A stretch of 64,000 nucleotides of DNA from Methanothrix sp. (lineage in GTDB: Archaea; Halobacteriota; Methanosarcinia; Methanotrichales; Methanotrichaceae). The first letter of the stretch is position 1; each line of letters opens with the position of its first letter. Positions 62,697 through 64,000 of this stretch are shown here, piece after piece. Location: the NCBI GenBank assembly GCA_963682135.1, contig OY821645.1:1408001-1472000 (forward strand), given 5' to 3'. The notes below the pieces were generated by a model. That model saw only the letters and a program-made list of their open reading frames with translations, ran no database searches and had not been told where the DNA came from. Position numbers and translations under genes: made by a program.

Positions 62697-64000
62697 CTAG
62701 GGCACCAGCCGTCTTCTATCCCTTGGGAAAAGAACTGCATCGCGAATATTTTCCAGCTTGAGCATGGTCATGACCAGCCGGGAGAGTCCCAATCCCCAGC
62801 CGGCATGCGGCGGCATGCCATAGCGGAAGGCCTTGAGGTAGAACTCAAATCCGTCCGGGTCCAGCCCTTTTTCTTTTATGCGCTCTACCAGCTGGTTGTA
62901 GTCATGAACTCTTTGCGCCCCGCTGGCCAGCTCCATGGTGGGATGCATGAGATCAAATCCCCGGCAAACCTCCGGCTTGTCCTCATAGGGCAAAGTGTAG
63001 TAGGGTTTTATGGAGGAAGGCCAGTCGGTGAGGAAGTAGTGCTCGCCTATGGTCTCGCCCAAGAACCTCTCGGTCTCGGTATCCAGATCATCTCCCCACT
63101 GCATCTTAACGCCTGCCTTCTTTGCAGCCAGATCCAGTGCCTCAGAATAAGTGATTCTTTTGAAGGGAAGCTTCGGAACCTGCAGGTCCAGGCCCAGGAC
63201 CTCCAACTGGTAGCGGCAGTTCTCGGCCACATGCTGATAGCACCCAGCCACCGCCTCTTCCAAGATCTCCATAACGTCCTTGTCATCGACAAAGCTGACC
63301 TCAATATCTATGGAGATGGCCTCATTGAGGTGTCGGCGGGTGTCGTGCTCCTCAGCCCGGAAGATGGGGCCGATCTCAAAGACCCGATCCATACCTGCAC
63401 CCATGAGCATCTGTTTGAAGAGCTGGGGGCTCTGATTGAGGAAAGCCTCCTTCTCAAAGTAGCTGATAGGGAAGAGATCAGTTCCACCCTCTGTAGCCGC
63501 AGCCACAATCTTGGGGGTGAAGACCTCGGTCAATCCTTTTTGAGAGAAGAAGCTTCTCAGATATTGCAGGACCGCGCTCTCGATCTCGAAGGCGGCCAGA
63601 ACGCAGGGCCTTCTAATATCCATGAATCTGGCATCGAGTCGTGTGTCCAGCTCGCACTCCACCTTCTCTGTGGGATCCAGGGGCAAAGGCACCTGTGCAG
63701 CGTTCAACACCTGTATTTCGGTAGGAAGGATCTCGTATCCGCGAGGAGCTTTCGGCTCTGCCTTGACATTTCCTCGTACCAGTACTACGCTCTCTCTGCT
63801 GATGGAGCGGGCACTCTTGAAAGCCTCTTTTCCCAAAAGCTTCTTGACGAGAGTCACCTGTGCCAGCCCTTTTCTGTCCCGCAGTACCAGGAAGGCTATA
63901 CCTCCCAGGTCGCGCATCTCGTGAGCAAAGCCGGTTAAAATAACCTCTTTGCCATCCAACTGCGCGTTAATATCGCCTGAATAATGAGTTCTAAGGATCA
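62697..64000 (-). CDS. aspS: Aspartyl-tRNA synthetase, probably non-discriminating (start just outside the window)
   Basis: [49 protein letters not shown]. Confidence 0.95.
   Translation of the reverse strand, partial: ILRTHYSGDINAQLDGKEVILTGFAHEMRDLGGIAFLVLRDRKGLAQVTLVKKLLGKEAFKSARSISRESVVLVRGNVKAEPKAPRGYEILPTEIQVLNAAQVPLPLDPTEKVECELDTRLDARFMDIRRPCVLAAFEIESAVLQYLRSFFSQKGLTEVFTPKIVAAATEGGTDLFPISYFEKEAFLNQSPQLFKQMLMGAGMDRVFEIGPIFRAEEHDTRRHLNEAISIDIEVSFVDDKDVMEILEEAVAGCYQHVAENCRYQLEVLGLDLQVPKLPFKRITYSEALDLAAKKAGVKMQWGDDLDTETERFLGETIGEHYFLTDWPSSIKPYYTLPYEDKPEVCRGFDLMHPTMELASGAQRVHDYNQLVERIKEKGLDPDGFEFYLKAFRYGMPPHAGWGLGLSRLVMTMLKLENIRDAVLFPRDRRRLVP

Noticed and set aside
62634-63938. 434-aa plus-strand ORF
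   Set aside because: Antisense shadow of aspS with no recognisable motifs.

Overview
Archaeal chromosome segment. Gene content (MC1, TFE, LSm, DUF460, cobZ/S/Y, non-discriminating AspRS, bacterial-type mutS/mutL) suggests a Methanothrix (Methanosaeta)-like methanogen; this is an inference. About 1-22.8 kb and 49-64 kb are mostly housekeeping genes. About 22.8-49 kb is a nitrogen island: three amt-glnK operons, a complete Mo-nitrogenase operon nifH-I1-I2-D-K-E-N, a PPOX/F420-type gene and modBC. Between the second amt and nifH lies an accessory block (28.1-37.6 kb). It holds an array of ~500-bp GC-rich non-coding repeat units, each headed by a TATA-like box and CACAAAG-type mini-repeats and interleaved with vapBC and hicBA toxin-antitoxin cassettes. 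That array is followed by nested IS elements (IS1634 cut by IS66, IS5 inside IS66, intact IS256) and a truncated SIR2-like gene. The best novelty candidates are the repeat/TA array, a TTCATA-N5-TATGAA palindrome at a fixed distance from the amt TATA-like boxes, and a structured region upstream of nifH. I recognised no CRISPR array, tRNA or rRNA. All calls come from motif recognition by eye; no searches were run.
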